The notes: generated from the sequence alone by a model not told the origin. 64,000 nucleotides of DNA from Eledone cirrhosa (GCA_964016885.1 OZ024740.1:286626001-286690000); one strand, 5' to 3'; counted from the first letter of the stretch, positions 12,651 through 25,947 are shown. Numbers and translations are program-made.

Positions 12651-14248
12651 GTAAGTGAAAACTTAATCACCCTTATTTGTTTGAAAATACAGAAAGATTG
12701 TCCTAGCTTTTTTTCTTCTACCATAGACTCTCTTGAGGTAAAAAGCCAAACATTAAATGTTTGTGTGTTCTGCTTGATTATTCATTCATAATCAGTTGAC
12801 TCTATTAATGGATAGAACAGAATTTTCCAATGAAGCTTCCAAAAGAATTGTGGGGTTCTGTGAGACAAAGTTTCTTTTAATAACATTTAATAAAGATTAA
12901 TTATATGCTTTTTTTGTATGAATAGATTCACCCTCTAAAACAATTTTTGTTTTATTAAAATTAAGTTAGTGAGGATTATCCGTAAAATTTAGGTATAGGT
13001 TCTGCAACCTTTTAGAAAATCGTATAAGGGTTCCACAACAAAATAAGTTTGGGTACTGCTAGGATAAATAATGAAAACTATTGACTTTAGAGGGAGAAGA
13101 AATGCAAGTTATGATGTTCACGGTTTCCTCTAAACTTGAGGGCTGTAGGTGAAAATAGTTATAAAGAAAAATCAAAACAGACTTGATTCACAAAAGGCTT
13201 AGTTTACCATTTCTAATAGGAATATCAAAGATTTTACCTTCAGAATGTAATTCATGATTTTTTTAATTGTATGCTTCATTTATATTTAAACTAGTTCCAG
13301 TTTAATATTTTAATTTTTTCCTATTTGTTGCTTTTATGTCATTGTATATTAGTTATAATCATCATCTCATCATTTAACGTCCACTTTCTCTACTAGCAAG
13401 AATTGAACACGTCATCACAAACTAAACCAGTACTCAATTAGAGCCGCATATCTTGCACTCCACAAAGTACACCCTGCATTTTATTGTGCCACTAGTGAAG
13501 TCATCATGTCTTTAGCACACCTAAAGAGTCCTCTCTGCCTTTTGTTTGGCAAGTTTTCTACAACTGGATGCTCTTCCTGTCACAAACCACTTTACAGACT
13601 ATACTTGATACATTTTAGTGTGACACCAACATTAAAGACATTGTTGTGGCCTTGATATAAATAAAGAGTCCTTTTAATTCTTTTTGGTATGGTTTCTACA
13701 GCTGGATACTCTTTGTATCACCAACGACCTGCAAGGTGTACTGGGTGCATATTTTATGGCACCAGCACTATTTATTTTACAATTTAGTCAGAAGGAAGGT
13801 CAGTACCCTTTTTGAGGCCTTCAAAACCAAGGGAAGATGAAAGAGGAAATCATTCTCAAATTGGAGATCTGGCCTGAATGCATACAATGAAGTGGATTCA
13901 GGTAAATACATCAAGAGCCTGGTGGTAATGTTAAACTGGGTGGCAGATTTTTGGTAGACTTAAACCACTGTCCAGTTTAACACTATCACCTGGCCTTTGG
14001 GTGGCTTTAGCAGGATCCACTCTATTGCAAGATTTTGAAATAGGTCTCTTGTTTTAGGATATCTTCCTAACAGTCTCAGAGGCTATAAAAAGGGGTCACG
14101 ACACTGTTCTTCCCTCCTTGATTAAAGAAGAAAAAGAAAAAGGGAGATATAAGTGAAAACAAATAACTACAACCAGGAATAGAAACCAGGTTTTGGAATT
14201 AGTTCTCTGGGAACTTATCTACTACTCTTCAGCAATTATTATTTTCAT

Positions 14249-14670
14249 GGATTGGCAGTATCGGCAGAGGGTCGGACGCCATGCTTTGATGCATAGAGTT
14301 ACGGCCCTTGCCATTCTGAGTTCAAATCCCGCCGAGGTTAACTTTGTCTTTCATCTTTACAAGGTTGATAAAATAAAGTACCAGTAATGCACTGGGTTAT
14401 TGCTGGCCTTGTGCCAAAAAGTAGAAACAATTATTTTCATATTTACAAGGGCGGTAGATTGGCAGTATCAGTAAAGCATCGGACACGTGTTTCATAGCAT
14501 AGATTCTTGGCCCTTTACATTCTTAGTTCAAATCCCACTGAAGTTAGCTTTGCCTTTCATCCTTATAGTCAATAAAATAAAGTACTAGTTAAGCACTGGG
14601 GTCGATTTAATCAACTTTCCCCCACCCCAAAATTGCTGACCTTGTGCCTATAGTAGAAATCATTATTTTC
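14249..14670 (+). mobile_element. Tandem pair of tRNA-derived SINEs
   Basis: A-box-like tggcagtatcgg, B-box gagttcaaatcc, then aactttgcctttcatcctt...gataaaataaagtaccagt. Same family at 27735, 33890(-), 44155 and 47600. Confidence 0.8.
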
Positions 14671-14864
14671 ACATATACAATTACTATATTCAGGGATTAG
14701 AATACAGCCCCCTATCATATATATTAAACTGTTCCATCTAATATCATTAATCTCTATCATTTAGCAAACAATGTGTTGCTTTTTCTATTTTTCAAGAAAT
14801 ATTAACTATTATCCACATTTAGCAATCAATACATTATTTTTATTTATTGTCCCTTGACTTCTTA

Positions 14865-15260
14865 TCCCACTTCTTCCTACATTTTGTTATCCTACATCTT
14901 GTTACCCCACATTTTTTTATCCTCCACCTTATCCCGCATCTTGTTACCCCCACCTTGTTATCCCACAACTTGTTATCCCATATCTTGCTATCCCCACTTT
15001 GTTATCCCACAGCTTGTTATTCCCCCATCTTGTTATCTCCCATCTTGTTAACCTTCGTCTTGTTATCACCATTAATATTGTTATCCTATGTCTTCTTATC
15101 CCCCGCATTCTTATCCCCACATCTTCTTATCCCTCATCTAGTTATCCCTCATCTAGTTATCACTCATCTAGATATCTCTCATCTAGTTATCAGTCATTGT
15201 GTTATCCCTCATGTTTTTATCACTATTCATGTTGTTATCTCTAATCTTGTCATCACTCAC
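14865..15260 (+). repeat. Degenerate ~15-bp minisatellite (CATCTTGTTATCCCY-like)
   Basis: More than 20 imperfect copies of catcttgttatccc / catctagttatccct, ending just before the exon 2 acceptor. Confidence 0.9.
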
Positions 15261-15272
15261 CTTTTACTTCAG

Positions 15273-15538
15273 ATGGTCTTGATGATCCAAGTCACTGCAA
15301 CAAAATCCGGATTAAGTGGCTTGAAGATAACCAGTGTGCAATAATCGTTGGTAAGATCACTGCCCCCAAAAGTCCATATTCAGACAAAGACTGCCAGTTT
15401 ATATTGGGAGCATCATCAAGCAGCAAATACCAGTTTGTGCTACTTACCTTTGACACATTTTACATAAATAGCTGTGATGTTGTGCTTAAAATCTCAGACT
15501 CACCAACTGCCCAATTTGATAGAAAAGTTAAACAATTG
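15273..15538 (+). CDS. Host gene coding exon 2: CUB-like ectodomain, N-terminal part
   Basis: Acceptor cttttacttcAG, donor GTAAGA, phase 1 to 0, no stops: (Y)GLDDPSHCNKIRIKWLEDNQCAIIVGKITAPKSPYSDKDCQFILGASSSSKYQFVLLTFDTFYINSCDVVLKISDSPTAQFDRKVKQL. The Y..nxdC.f.i...v.L.F..F.i..C...L.i.D pattern resembles CUB. Confidence 0.85.
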
Positions 15539-16029
15539 GTAAGATGTATTTTCTTTACCCTTTGTTTCTTTGTTTACTCTTTTACTCTTTTACCTGTTCC
15601 AGCCGTCCAGCTGAGGCCATGCTGGGGCACCACCCTTGTTGCTACATGTTCTATCTCCAGCCTGTGTTCGCTGGCAATTGGTGTAAGAGGGAGTTCATTG
15701 CTGCTGCCTTTAGATTATTTATTTATTTATTTATTTATTCAGGCTTCCTTTGTTTTATCTTTTCAAATTTCATTAAAAAAAAAAAGAACTCTACCACAAA
15801 AAAAATAGTGATATCCTAGGTTGAGTAGTACTGAAAACTGGTAATAGGCTAAGGTCAGATGTGATACGAAGGTCTTGTTTCATATTGCTCATTATCTATT
15901 ACAGTAATCACTGCTAAATGAATATGATTTATGTATGCAGGGAATATTTATCAATGTATAGCATGAGGTCAAACTGAAGTATACATCCAGTGAAGCCTCC
16001 AGCCCACACTCTAAAGTGGTCATGATGGC

Positions 16030-16230
16030 GACTTAAGAAAAAGCACCCAGTATTCAATGTAAATGAGGTTGGCGCTAGGAAGGGCATCCAGCTGTAGAAA
16101 CCAAGCCAGAATCAGTTCTATATGAGCAAGACATGGTCACCTGACCTGGCATTGCTCACCACTAGCTAACTCGTCTAACCCATGCCAGTTTGAAAAAGTG
16201 GACGTTAAATGGTGATGATGATAATGATGA
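16030..16230 (+). mobile_element. Short non-autonomous RTE-tail element
   Basis: aaaagcacccag...gggcatccagctgtagaaaccaagccag...cccatgccag...gtggacgttaaatggtgatgatg. Other decayed copies near 13360, 28030-28390, 51500-51835, 55150-55600 and 58930-59357. Confidence 0.7.
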
Positions 16231-17699
16231 TATAGTATACATAATATACTTACAGGTATTAAAATTGAATAAAAGAAATAGATTTGAGGGTAGCCCCTAT
16301 CAAAACTGCAGGCCCATGCTAAATGAAGTACTTACAAATACAGAATAAAAGAACTAAAAATTGATTTGAGTAGGACCCTTCAAAATAGTAAACCCGTCCC
16401 ACTACCACCACCACCTCTGGTTTGGCCTGTACAGGAGCAATGTGTTTTATGACTGGATGTCTTATCTAATGCTAGCTTCTATATATTTCAAGAATACATG
16501 TATAAAGAGGTTTGCCTGTTTTCAGTTAGGTTGATTGAGACAAATAAAGTTGTGTCATAATGAGAGTAGCATGATTTGAACTTAAAAACCTATTATCAAA
16601 ATATAATATCTTTAACTATCAGATATTATTTTTTTCTTTATTGTTTTCTTGTTTAGTCCCAGGTCATTTCTTTTCTAATTAATTGGGCATGGTTTACCCT
16701 TTTTTAAGGCAATATGGTGTGGTTTGAGGACGATTTGGCTGCTATCTCTAGCAGGTTGAATGACTACGTATAAGCTCATTTTCTCTCATTATTTATTTAT
16801 TTACTAATTGATTATTTGATTAATCTTGGACTAGTGTGGTAAGTGCCTCGTTCTACCAGGATCTAGGACCATTTCTGAAAACTCAATGTCAGACAAGTCA
16901 ACCAGATGGAGCCCAGCCTTCTGAAAACTACTGATTATTTTCAAAATGATTTGAAAATTATAGGTAGCGCATTTAATTAGAAAGAAAAGGGTTAATGTTT
17001 GTGTATTAAGATGTTGTTTCATGTCCAGTGTTGGTTTACATTGGCAGCACGCAGCACGATACCCTGATAAGAATTATACACAGTAAACCTTTCCTCTAGC
17101 CCTTTTCTAAGCAATGTGCTATTATATATCAAAAGTGAATAAGTATTAGAATGTAGCAAAGGGAAAAAAAGCTAAACATATCTTACTCTCTTCATTCAAT
17201 TTGATCACTGCCTAATTAATTAATAACATTAATTAATTAGAAATTGAAATCAATTTCATTATCTATATTGGAGAGTTCAATCCTTTAAGAAAAAAATGAA
17301 AATTTTAATTAATATTTTCTTTTTCTTTTGATTTATTTGAAGCTAAAAATGGTAGATATCTTATTAAACTCTGAAAATATCATACCTGGTCTAGTCTCTG
17401 TTGTTCATTTTATTATTTTTCTTTTCATTTTAAATATTTTTTTCTGGTTTTACATTTCTATTTTATTTTGTTGTTATGCCGTTATTTCATTTTGTGGTGC
17501 ATTTTTCTTCTTTCGTGTTTGTGCATGTGTTTGCGTCTGTGCTTTCATCTGTGTGTGTATGTGTTTTTGTATTTGTCATGTCTGTGTGTGTTTTGAGTGT
17601 GTGGGGTTTTTATCGTTAGCTGCTTTGCTGTTTGTGTCTTTCTTTTCTTCTTTCTCTTTTCTTATTCTGTCTTCAGTCATTAAGTTGTTGGCTGTTACT

Positions 17700-18622
17700 A
17701 TTCTACTCATGTTTTCTGTTCAGGCTGGGTCTATTTTCTGTTATGTGGGTGGCCTCAGTAATTTGTCTGAGTGTTGCATCAGTTCTACATATGGATAGGA
17801 TCTTTATTTCTATATTATCTATTGAGTGTTCTAATTTGGCATGTTGGTATAGTACCAATGATCTTTTCTCCTTCTTAAGTTCTCGCCAGTGTTCCTTTAC
17901 TCCCTCTCCTATGCAACAGGATGTTTCTCCTAGGTATATTATTGTTGTGTTTCAGCATTGTTCCTCTGTACATCATATTCTATATACTACATTTCTAGTT
18001 TTGCAGTTTATCCATGGGCTTTTCATACAGACTATACAGTTTCTATCAGTACAGGGGGGTTTTCTTAAAGGGGTATGTCCTACTGATATGGGATTTTATG
18101 GTAGCTCCTGGTTTTTCTACTATTTTAATCTTCAGGTTTAATTTATCTAAATCTCTTCTCAAACGATATGTTTGTTCGCCTCTAAGGGGAGCATTGGCGA
18201 AAATGACACTCTGGTATTTTGGGCTGTCATACCAAGAGTCGGCCTTCTGTATCTTTTTCCTAGTCCTTTCTATGCTATTCCATGTTTTTTTTCTGTATAG
18301 TGGGCAAATAACCTTCGTATCATTCTCTATAATGGTTCTGAATTCAGCCATGGGTCCGTTGTACACCCTGATCCTGTCTGGTTATAACCAGAAAACTGCA
18401 TGCGGTGGATGAAGTGTTGTATGTGTCTTTTTAATTCTGTTGGGTCACACATGCAGGGCATATTTCTCATCACTCTTACCAGGTCTGCTATCAAGATATT
18501 GAATTTAACACTATCTGAGATAGCTGAGGTCCGGTAGACTAAGTACTTGGAGGCCATGAGTTTGCTATAATGTGAGTGGAGTATTTGGGTTTTACTGTCC
18601 TTAGTTTCCATCCAGAGTTCAG
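17700..18622 (-). mobile_element. Penelope-like retroelement remnant (RT thumb and GIY-YIG endonuclease)
   Basis: Minus strand: HYSKLMASKYLVYRTSA...RMQFSGY, PLYRKKTW...IKIVEKPG, then NVVYRI*C...IYLGETS...KEH...LYQHAKLEH...LRQITEATHITENRPSLNRKHE*, giving the GIY/YIG, Glu and Asn motifs. Contains stops and frameshifts. Confidence 0.85.
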
Positions 18623-18623
18623 T

Positions 18624-18828
18624 GTATGTATATGTATGTGTATGTGTATGTATATATATATATATGTGTGTGTGTGTATATATGTATCCAATGTGTACTG
18701 GAATGAATGGCATCAACCTTAATGCACTGAAACCGTAGCGATTTCAAGAGGCTGACTGAGGAGATGGGACTCTCTGTCTTTCTGTTGTTTTTTTCCATTA
18801 TCTTTGTTCTGTGTGCTCCCTATTTTGA

Positions 18829-18866
<38 letters not shown>

Positions 18867-19003
18867 ATGCATATGTGTGTATATGTATATATCTATGCAT
18901 ATCTGTGTATGTATATATGTATGTATATATGTGTATATAGATACGTGTGTTTATATATATATATAGAGAGAGAGGGAGATGCATATATATATGTATACAC
19001 ACA
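18624..19003. repeat. Compound (AT)n/(GT)n/(ATGT)n microsatellites around a short unique insert
   Basis: Tracts at 18624-18685 and 18830-19003, read directly. Confidence 0.9.
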
Positions 19004-19152
19004 CATTTGCAAACATGACAGAAAAGTACTTAATACCAAAGTAGAGTATAATATATATTGCTCCTGTGAGTTTTGCAATTACTCACTGATCAAGCATAAT
19101 CAACAAGCAATCATGAAATTCAGAAAAGTGACAGACAGCAATTTTAGTTATA

Positions 19153-19593
19153 CATCATCATCATCATCACCATTTTACGTCCATTCTTCCACTCTAGCAT
19201 GGGTTAGACGGGTTGTCCTGTTGTGGGCAGTGCCCGGTTGGCTGACCTTGTCTTGATTTTGGCTCGATTTCTACAGTTGGATGCCCTTCCTAACACCAAC
19301 CTCATTTACAATGAAGGCTGGGTGCTTTTTTACCATGGCGCCTACACGACCACTTTACAGTGGGGGTTGGGTGCTTTTTTTGCCGTGGCACCACCACGAC
19401 CACTTTGCAGTGGGAAAGGGTGGGGGCATGTTGTTTATATGCTTCAGCTTCGGTTTGTACCCATGGGAAGTTGGGTCTTCTGTATTACTGCGTGACCCCA
19501 GAGGTCATGGTCCTGCGTCATCCCCTTTGAGAGATGCAATTGGGTAAAGTCGGCTTTTATCACCTCATCCCAGGTCTTCTTGGGTCTCTCCAG
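19153..19593 (-). mobile_element. RTE family A 3' fragment
   Basis: RPKKTWDEVIKADFTQLHLSK, then the same 3'UTR and (CAT)n tail as 2525-2970. Confidence 0.9.
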
Positions 19594-20061
19594 TCCAATA
19601 AACTGTTGAGTGCTACTTATCCGATATTTACATTGCTTTATTGTTCTACAATAAAACTCACCTCCTATATATATATATATATAAGTATGTATACGTACAT
19701 ACATATATGTATACAGACGCACAGTAGTATGTATATATATATACATACATGCATACATATATATATGTACGTATGGATTCACCGAACATTTATTATAATG
19801 CTCGGTGTGTTTGTAAACAAACATCCCGTATTAAGCCGTACAGTGTCTAGCAATCATCGTTGCTCATTTGTTCAACCCTGACAAAGGAACGCTGTACTAG
19901 TTTCAAGCTTATTAGCTATCGTCAGCAACGTATACCTTCCTGCCAGATGATTGAACATCTGAAAGTATATACTTTCCTTATGCATATTAATGGCTGAGCA
20001 GCCTAATTTGCATATCGAGTGAGTTAATTGGCCGGGGTACCGAAAACGATAAACGAAATTT

Positions 20062-20193
20062 CATTTCTCACTCTTGTACTAAGAGTGAGAAATGAAATTT
20101 TCTTTCATTTTTTCCGTTTATATATATATATATATAAACGGAAAAAATGAAAGAAAATTTCATTTCTCACTCTTAGTACAAGAGTGAGAAATG
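20062..20193. repeat. Perfect 132-bp palindrome centred on (TA)n, with an internal hairpin in each arm
   Basis: The left arm catttctcactcttgtactaagagtgagaaatgaaattttctttcattttttccgttt is the exact reverse complement of the right arm. Confidence 0.95.
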
Positions 20194-20247
<54 letters not shown>

Positions 20248-20339
20248 CATACACATTTGTGTGGGGTTACAAGTCCATAGAAGGTGAAAAAGAAATGACA
20301 TTAGTTTTCTCATGTTTGGTATACTTATTCAATATACAG

Positions 20340-20700
20340 CTGGTGCACTCAGGACCTTCATTGAGGAGACTACTCTACAGATACTGACCTGCATACAATG
20401 ATATGTGCACACTTCCTAATTGTTCCATCAACAACACAGAAGTGTGCATGAGAGCATATGTGATCTGCAAGGTCACATAAAATTTAACTCCTCGTACATC
20501 ATAAGTACCACCCAGATGTTGTACATACGGATCAAGGACAAATGATGATAGATGCCGCAGCTGAGACATGGAGGTCACCATAGAAGCAACGGAAAGGAAT
20601 GTGGAAAATTTAAGAATCAAAGAAGCTATTTTCATCAACAAGAAAAAGCCACAGATAAATAATACATTAGGAATGCACAAAGCGGATTGGCTACTATATC
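20340..20700 (+). mobile_element. Decayed GIY-YIG C-terminus (Penelope-like)
   Basis: VTIEATERNVENLRIKEAIFINKKKPQINN matches the ...rxikEaixI...PxlN end motif. Confidence 0.6.
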
Positions 20701-20860
20701 AGCTCCATGCATACATATTTAGGGAAGAACACATCACTCAATATGTGCTGTTTTTAGCATAGTTTCTATGGCTGGATGCCCTTTCTAATGCCAACCATTT
20801 TACCATGTGTACAGGGTGTATTTTTTTCATGGCACAAGCATTACACACTAACACACATGT

Positions 20861-21120
20861 GGAGGTGCGTGGCCTGTGGTAAGGGTGATGGACTTATGAT
20901 TATAATGTCGTGGGTTCAATTCCTGGGCTGGGTTGTGTGTTGTGTTCTTGAGCAAAATACTTCATTTTCTCAGCTGAAAAGGAGTACCAGCAATAGCTGG
21001 GGGATTAACCCTGTGATGGACTGGTGTCCTGTCCAGGAGGAGTCTTGTACTCTCAGTTGCTTCATGCCATAAAACTGGGATAAGCACTGGCCTGACAAGG
21101 CTCCTGGCTTGAGACAGATT
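20861..21120 (+). mobile_element. CORE-type SINE
   Basis: ggaggtgcgtggcctgtggtaagg...gggttcaattcc...tgttcttgagcaaaatacttc. Confidence 0.7.
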
Positions 21121-22011
21121 TTATATTTAGATAGATAGATTCACATACACACACACACACACACACACGTGCATGCACTTTCTAGTGAAATAAATTGAAT
21201 TCTCTCATCTGTATAGAAACTTTGAAAATATATATACATAAATGCACAGTATTATTTGTTAATTTATTCACAATGCCATTCTAAGATTATTAAAGATCGC
21301 TTTTCTTTTCATAGCACTTTTCCATAATAAGAAAACAAGAATTTTTACCTTCAAAACTCACTGGGATTTTAGTAATATTGAATCTCCTCCAAATCAGAAG
21401 AATTTTTAGAAATTTTAAATAGCGAATAATTTTACTATCCGGCTTCAATTATTGATTTCTGTCTACTAAAGATTCCATAGGGATGAAACCAAATTGGTCC
21501 AGGATATTTTGATATATTTCTTGTGATAAAGAAATATTTTTTTCCGGAATTAAGATCTCCTCTTTGTTACATACATAAATACTTAAGATATAATTTAATG
21601 TGTGTTAATTTATATATATATGTGTGTGTGTGTGTGCAAGCATGGAAAATCAGACACAAAATAGTGATGAATATACTATATATATGTATATGTGTGTATC
21701 TATTTATGTATATATATATATGTGTGTGTGTGTGTGTGAGTGAGTGTACTTATCCACAGGGATTTAATTCCTCTACTGAAATATGCGATTGTTCAGCTTG
21801 AAAGAATTCTGTACAATTATCTCTTATGCATCATATAGCTTTGCACATGCACATGCACACACTTACATACACACATGGATAGAGACAGAAACACCATACA
21901 GACACAGATGGATAAACAATGGAAATATATATATATATATACACATATGCACAAACATTTGACATGCTTATGTAGTCATTCTCATGTATGAAGAATGGAA
22001 TGTTTATAGTA

Positions 22012-22012
22012 C

Positions 22013-22077
<65 letters not shown>
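22012..22077. repeat. (CT)n microsatellite
   Basis: Read directly. Confidence 0.95.
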
Positions 22078-24123
22078 TCACATATTATATTTCTTAACCT
22101 TCAACTGCTCAAAAGTAATATTAATGACTTCACAGTGTAATAGGATATATCCAAAGTTTCTTCCTTGTTTACTTCTGGTGAATTGGCAGTTGTTAAAACA
22201 AAATGCTTTGTAGCATTTATTCTAGCCATCTGCACATTGAGTTCAACTTTGCCTTACATCTTTTCAAGGTTGATAAAATAAAGTACCAGTTCTGAGCATT
22301 GGATTGACAGAATTGTTAGAGTATCAGATGAGATGCATTGCAATATTTGTTCTGACTGTTTGTGTTCTTCAGTCAAATCCACTGCTTAGTTTAACATCAC
22401 CACCTTGATCTTGGGTGTTTTTAACAGAGTCCATCTGGGTCATGTCTCTGATTTGATAACATCCCTCCCTCCCTCCCACCAATCTCTGAGACCTTTTCCT
22501 CCCTGACTAAAACCAAAAAAAAAAAAAAATACTTGCTTAGTATTCAAATAGTTTATTTCATCCTAATAGTTTTATTTACTTTTATTCTTAGTAGTTTAAA
22601 AATAAAAAATAAATAACAGAAAAAAAACAACTGTATTGATAAAACGGTTTTAGAAACTCAGAACAATGCAAGATAGAAACAAGCAACAATTTACTCTTTC
22701 TTATTTTATATTTCAATATTTTGTGGTTAAAAAGCCCTTTATCAATAGAAAATGGAGAATGGTGATAAACTGATATATTTTTTATGTGCACAGAATACTA
22801 GAAGCAGTAATAATACTAGAGTTGGCTCAGTCCATTACACTCCTTCCTTACAAAAATTGTCCTCATGTTTTGTAAAAAAAAAATATCATAATAATGTATT
22901 TGTCACAAGAGCAACAAAGACACAAACATTACAAAAATAAATTATTGTTATTAATAATATAAATAATGATTATAATAAATTTTGATAAATTTTCAATATA
23001 CTGTTTGCTTTTGAAGAATGCATGAATTCCATTTTACTTTGAATATTTTTCTTTCTGCTTTTCTAAAATAAGCTGTGCTCGTTTTCCAATTGTATAAAAT
23101 TATTTTGCATCCATTTTTATTTATTAAATCTCAATTACATTATTGCTAGAATATCATTATTTTAATTACTAATTTCCTCATAGCCTCTCTCTATATATTC
23201 TATGTGAATTCAGTTTCCAACTATTGAAACCTAGACAAAATTACTTCAAACCATCAAAAAACAATCAGGCTCTTTCCTGGATTTCATTTCTTTGTTAGAT
23301 TTGTATTGATTCAAGAAACAAATTACATTCCTTTGGAATTCTGTAGTTGTCTTATGCTGGTGGTAGATTATATTCTTCATATATTTAGTCCGTATATGGC
23401 GTAGAAGCCAAACACCACTTTCATTATTGCTCTTCAGACATGTATCATCCTGTTTAATTAATTCTTTTATGTAAAGGGGAAATTAATTTCTGAAATTGCT
23501 GTTGATAGTCAATGTAGGCGTTTTTCATTCAAGTTTTCTGATATTTTTCATTCCTTTTTCCTCTAAAGAAAAATGATCAGTATTGACCTTGTAAATACAC
23601 AAGATTCTCTCCCTTATCAGTGGAAAGGAGGGATGTTTACTTTGCAATTGGCAGATCATATCTCATTATTTCTAAATGGATCCTTGTTAAGGACAACACA
23701 TTATCTGTAATCAACTAACATGCTGAAGATATGAAGTTGAAAGAATGGATGAAAGAAAGAAAACATGCCAATATTGGAAAGTTTTTAAAGCAGCATTGGA
23801 ATTCCCATTTAGCTAACGGATAATTTGACTTCCATTCTGTTAAGGCAAGAACCATCGTATACAAGTTGATATAATAAAGGAAACTTTCTATGCAGCAGTC
23901 AAGTTCTAAAGGGAATAGATTAAAAGGTTTCTTGGTGATCAAAAGTATTTGGAGTTAAATGTAATTGATAGGATTATATGGCATGACAATGTTGAGATAA
24001 TCATTTCTGAAGGCTATGTGACTTGAAAAGATTGTTGTAAAAGTGACATTTACCGTATAATGAACAGATATATTTATAGTATGTTCTTACTGCAAAAATA
24101 TATAGAAAATGTATGGATTTATA

Positions 24124-24440
24124 CAAAATGGGACCTTGGTTCACAAACTTAATTCATTCCCAAAGGCCATTCGTCACCTGAAAGGTTTGTAAACTGAAAC
24201 TATTTTTCCATACAAAATGTTGAGAGAGAGAGACTATGTGTGAAAGACAGATAGATATCACCATAGTAACTAACTACAAAGCAAGTGACTCTTTTCCTCT
24301 GATACTCCAACTGTTGTTGTTGGCTTGTGTATTTGTTACATGAAACACCGTTCATGAACTGAGACGTTTTATGTTCGGAAAAATTGTTTGTGAACCGATT
24401 TGTTCATCATTTGAGGCATTCATGTACCAAGGTTCCACTG
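24124..24440. mobile_element. Tigger/pogo-like MITE with TA target site
   Basis: Right end accaaggttccactg|TA pairs imperfectly with left TA|caaaatgggaccttggt, a CAGTGGAACCT-type TIR; internal ttcacaaac/gtttgtgaa repeats. Confidence 0.65.
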
Positions 24441-25947
24441 TATATTTATTTGATATATATTGCTTTTATATCATCATCATTATTATGTCTATTTTTTCCC
24501 TGCTGGTATAGGTTGGACTGATCAGTTTCCTTACAATCACTCCATTTGTTATGGTCCTTTGTGATCTACTTTGTGAGGCTCAGTATTCTGATAACAGGAC
24601 TAATCACTTCTACTCTCATCACCTTTGGTCTTCCTTAAGTAGCTAATTCTCCTTCAAATATCTCTACTGTTTTAAAAAATGCAGGGTCACATTGGAAAGT
24701 GTGGTCCAAGATTGACTATGACTTTCTGGCAAGTTACCCTAGGTTTCTTATTTATCTTATTCACTTATCAAGGGTGTACTAAAAATTATGCTTCACATTA
24801 TTATATGAAAACCCTGAAAGTTATCTTTAAAACATTAGTATCATGTTTAAATCATAGTATCATCATTATATTCACCATCAACTTTATCACTATTGTTCCA
24901 TACTGGTATGCATTGAATGAGTTGTTATAGTCTGAGTCAGTTACTATTTGAAGGGCAGTTACTGCCCTTTTAGATGGATTATAGATTGATATCTTGCTTA
25001 TACATTCTAATTTTCCACATGGTTTATATGGCTGGATGCACTTCCTACCGCCAACCACTTAAGAGTATACTGAGTACATTTTATTATGGCACCAGCATTT
25101 GAGAATTTCTCATACTCTTGACATGACTAAATAGCTCTCTTTATCCTAGAGTGGGTCTGTTTGATTGCCAACAACTTTACAGTGTGTACAGAGAGGTTGC
25201 CTTTCTCCTACATGACAAGAAGAGACCTCTCCACTCTACATCACCATATATGTTTATATAGAAGGTAGAAATATGAAATTGATGGAAATAATACAGAGGT
25301 GAAGGTGAATCAGTAACACACTCTGAATATATGTCTGTTGAACATTAAGTATAGAGATGTGAGTACAAGTTAGTTGTGCTTCTTGATACCTACAACTAAA
25401 TTAAGATTGATCTTACTATAACTCAAATATATTTTAGCAGCATGGATTATAAATGTTATTGAGACACGAGTAACATAATAATGACGTCAACAGCAGAAAT
25501 TAGAGATGAAATGTATGTTTATTTTGTTGTAGCACAAATAATGTTGGTTAAATTGTATGGTTGAAGTTACACATAAAATGAGGTTACAAAAGGGAATGTG
25601 CCATTGCGCCGGAAAGCCGGCAGGCCAAGGTACAAAATCTCACCGTCACATGTACGTGTTGCTGGTTCGAAGTTCCTGGTGCGAGAGGAAGATTCTTCAA
25701 ATCTTCGCGGGGAATTTCTCCCCCAGGGCGCGTATGGATACATCCTCTTCTACTGAGCTGAGCCAAATCACGCACAGAGAATGTATGTGAGCCCGCAGAA
25801 TTTAGGTCACTACAATATGATTATTTTGACATAGTAGTTTTAATATTCTAAATTCTATCATTGATTTTTTTTAAATTAGTCCATTCTACTTTTTCTTTTT
25901 TTTTGCTTCTAATTAATTCTATTTGTTTATATTCATTGTATTTTAAG

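Noticed and set aside
14249-14340. tRNA gene (A/B boxes)
   Set aside because: No cloverleaf could be formed, and it is the head of a multi-copy SINE. The same applies to the other A/B-box hits.
14847-15344. ORFs of 165, 65 and 81 aa with HLVIP / SSYP repeats
   Set aside because: They are translations of the 15-bp minisatellite. The real exon begins at 15273 in a different frame.
17328-18412. Long hydrophobic + strand ORFs resembling membrane proteins
   Set aside because: They are antisense to an A-rich Penelope remnant and to T/GT-rich low-complexity DNA.
21240-21600. Possible mitochondrial insertion (NUMT)
   Set aside because: AT-rich, but no recognisable mitochondrial protein, tRNA or rRNA motif.
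23150-24060. Possible decayed coding sequence
   Set aside because: It looks like an eroded ORF with many stops, but I could not recognise any motif, so it is left unassigned.
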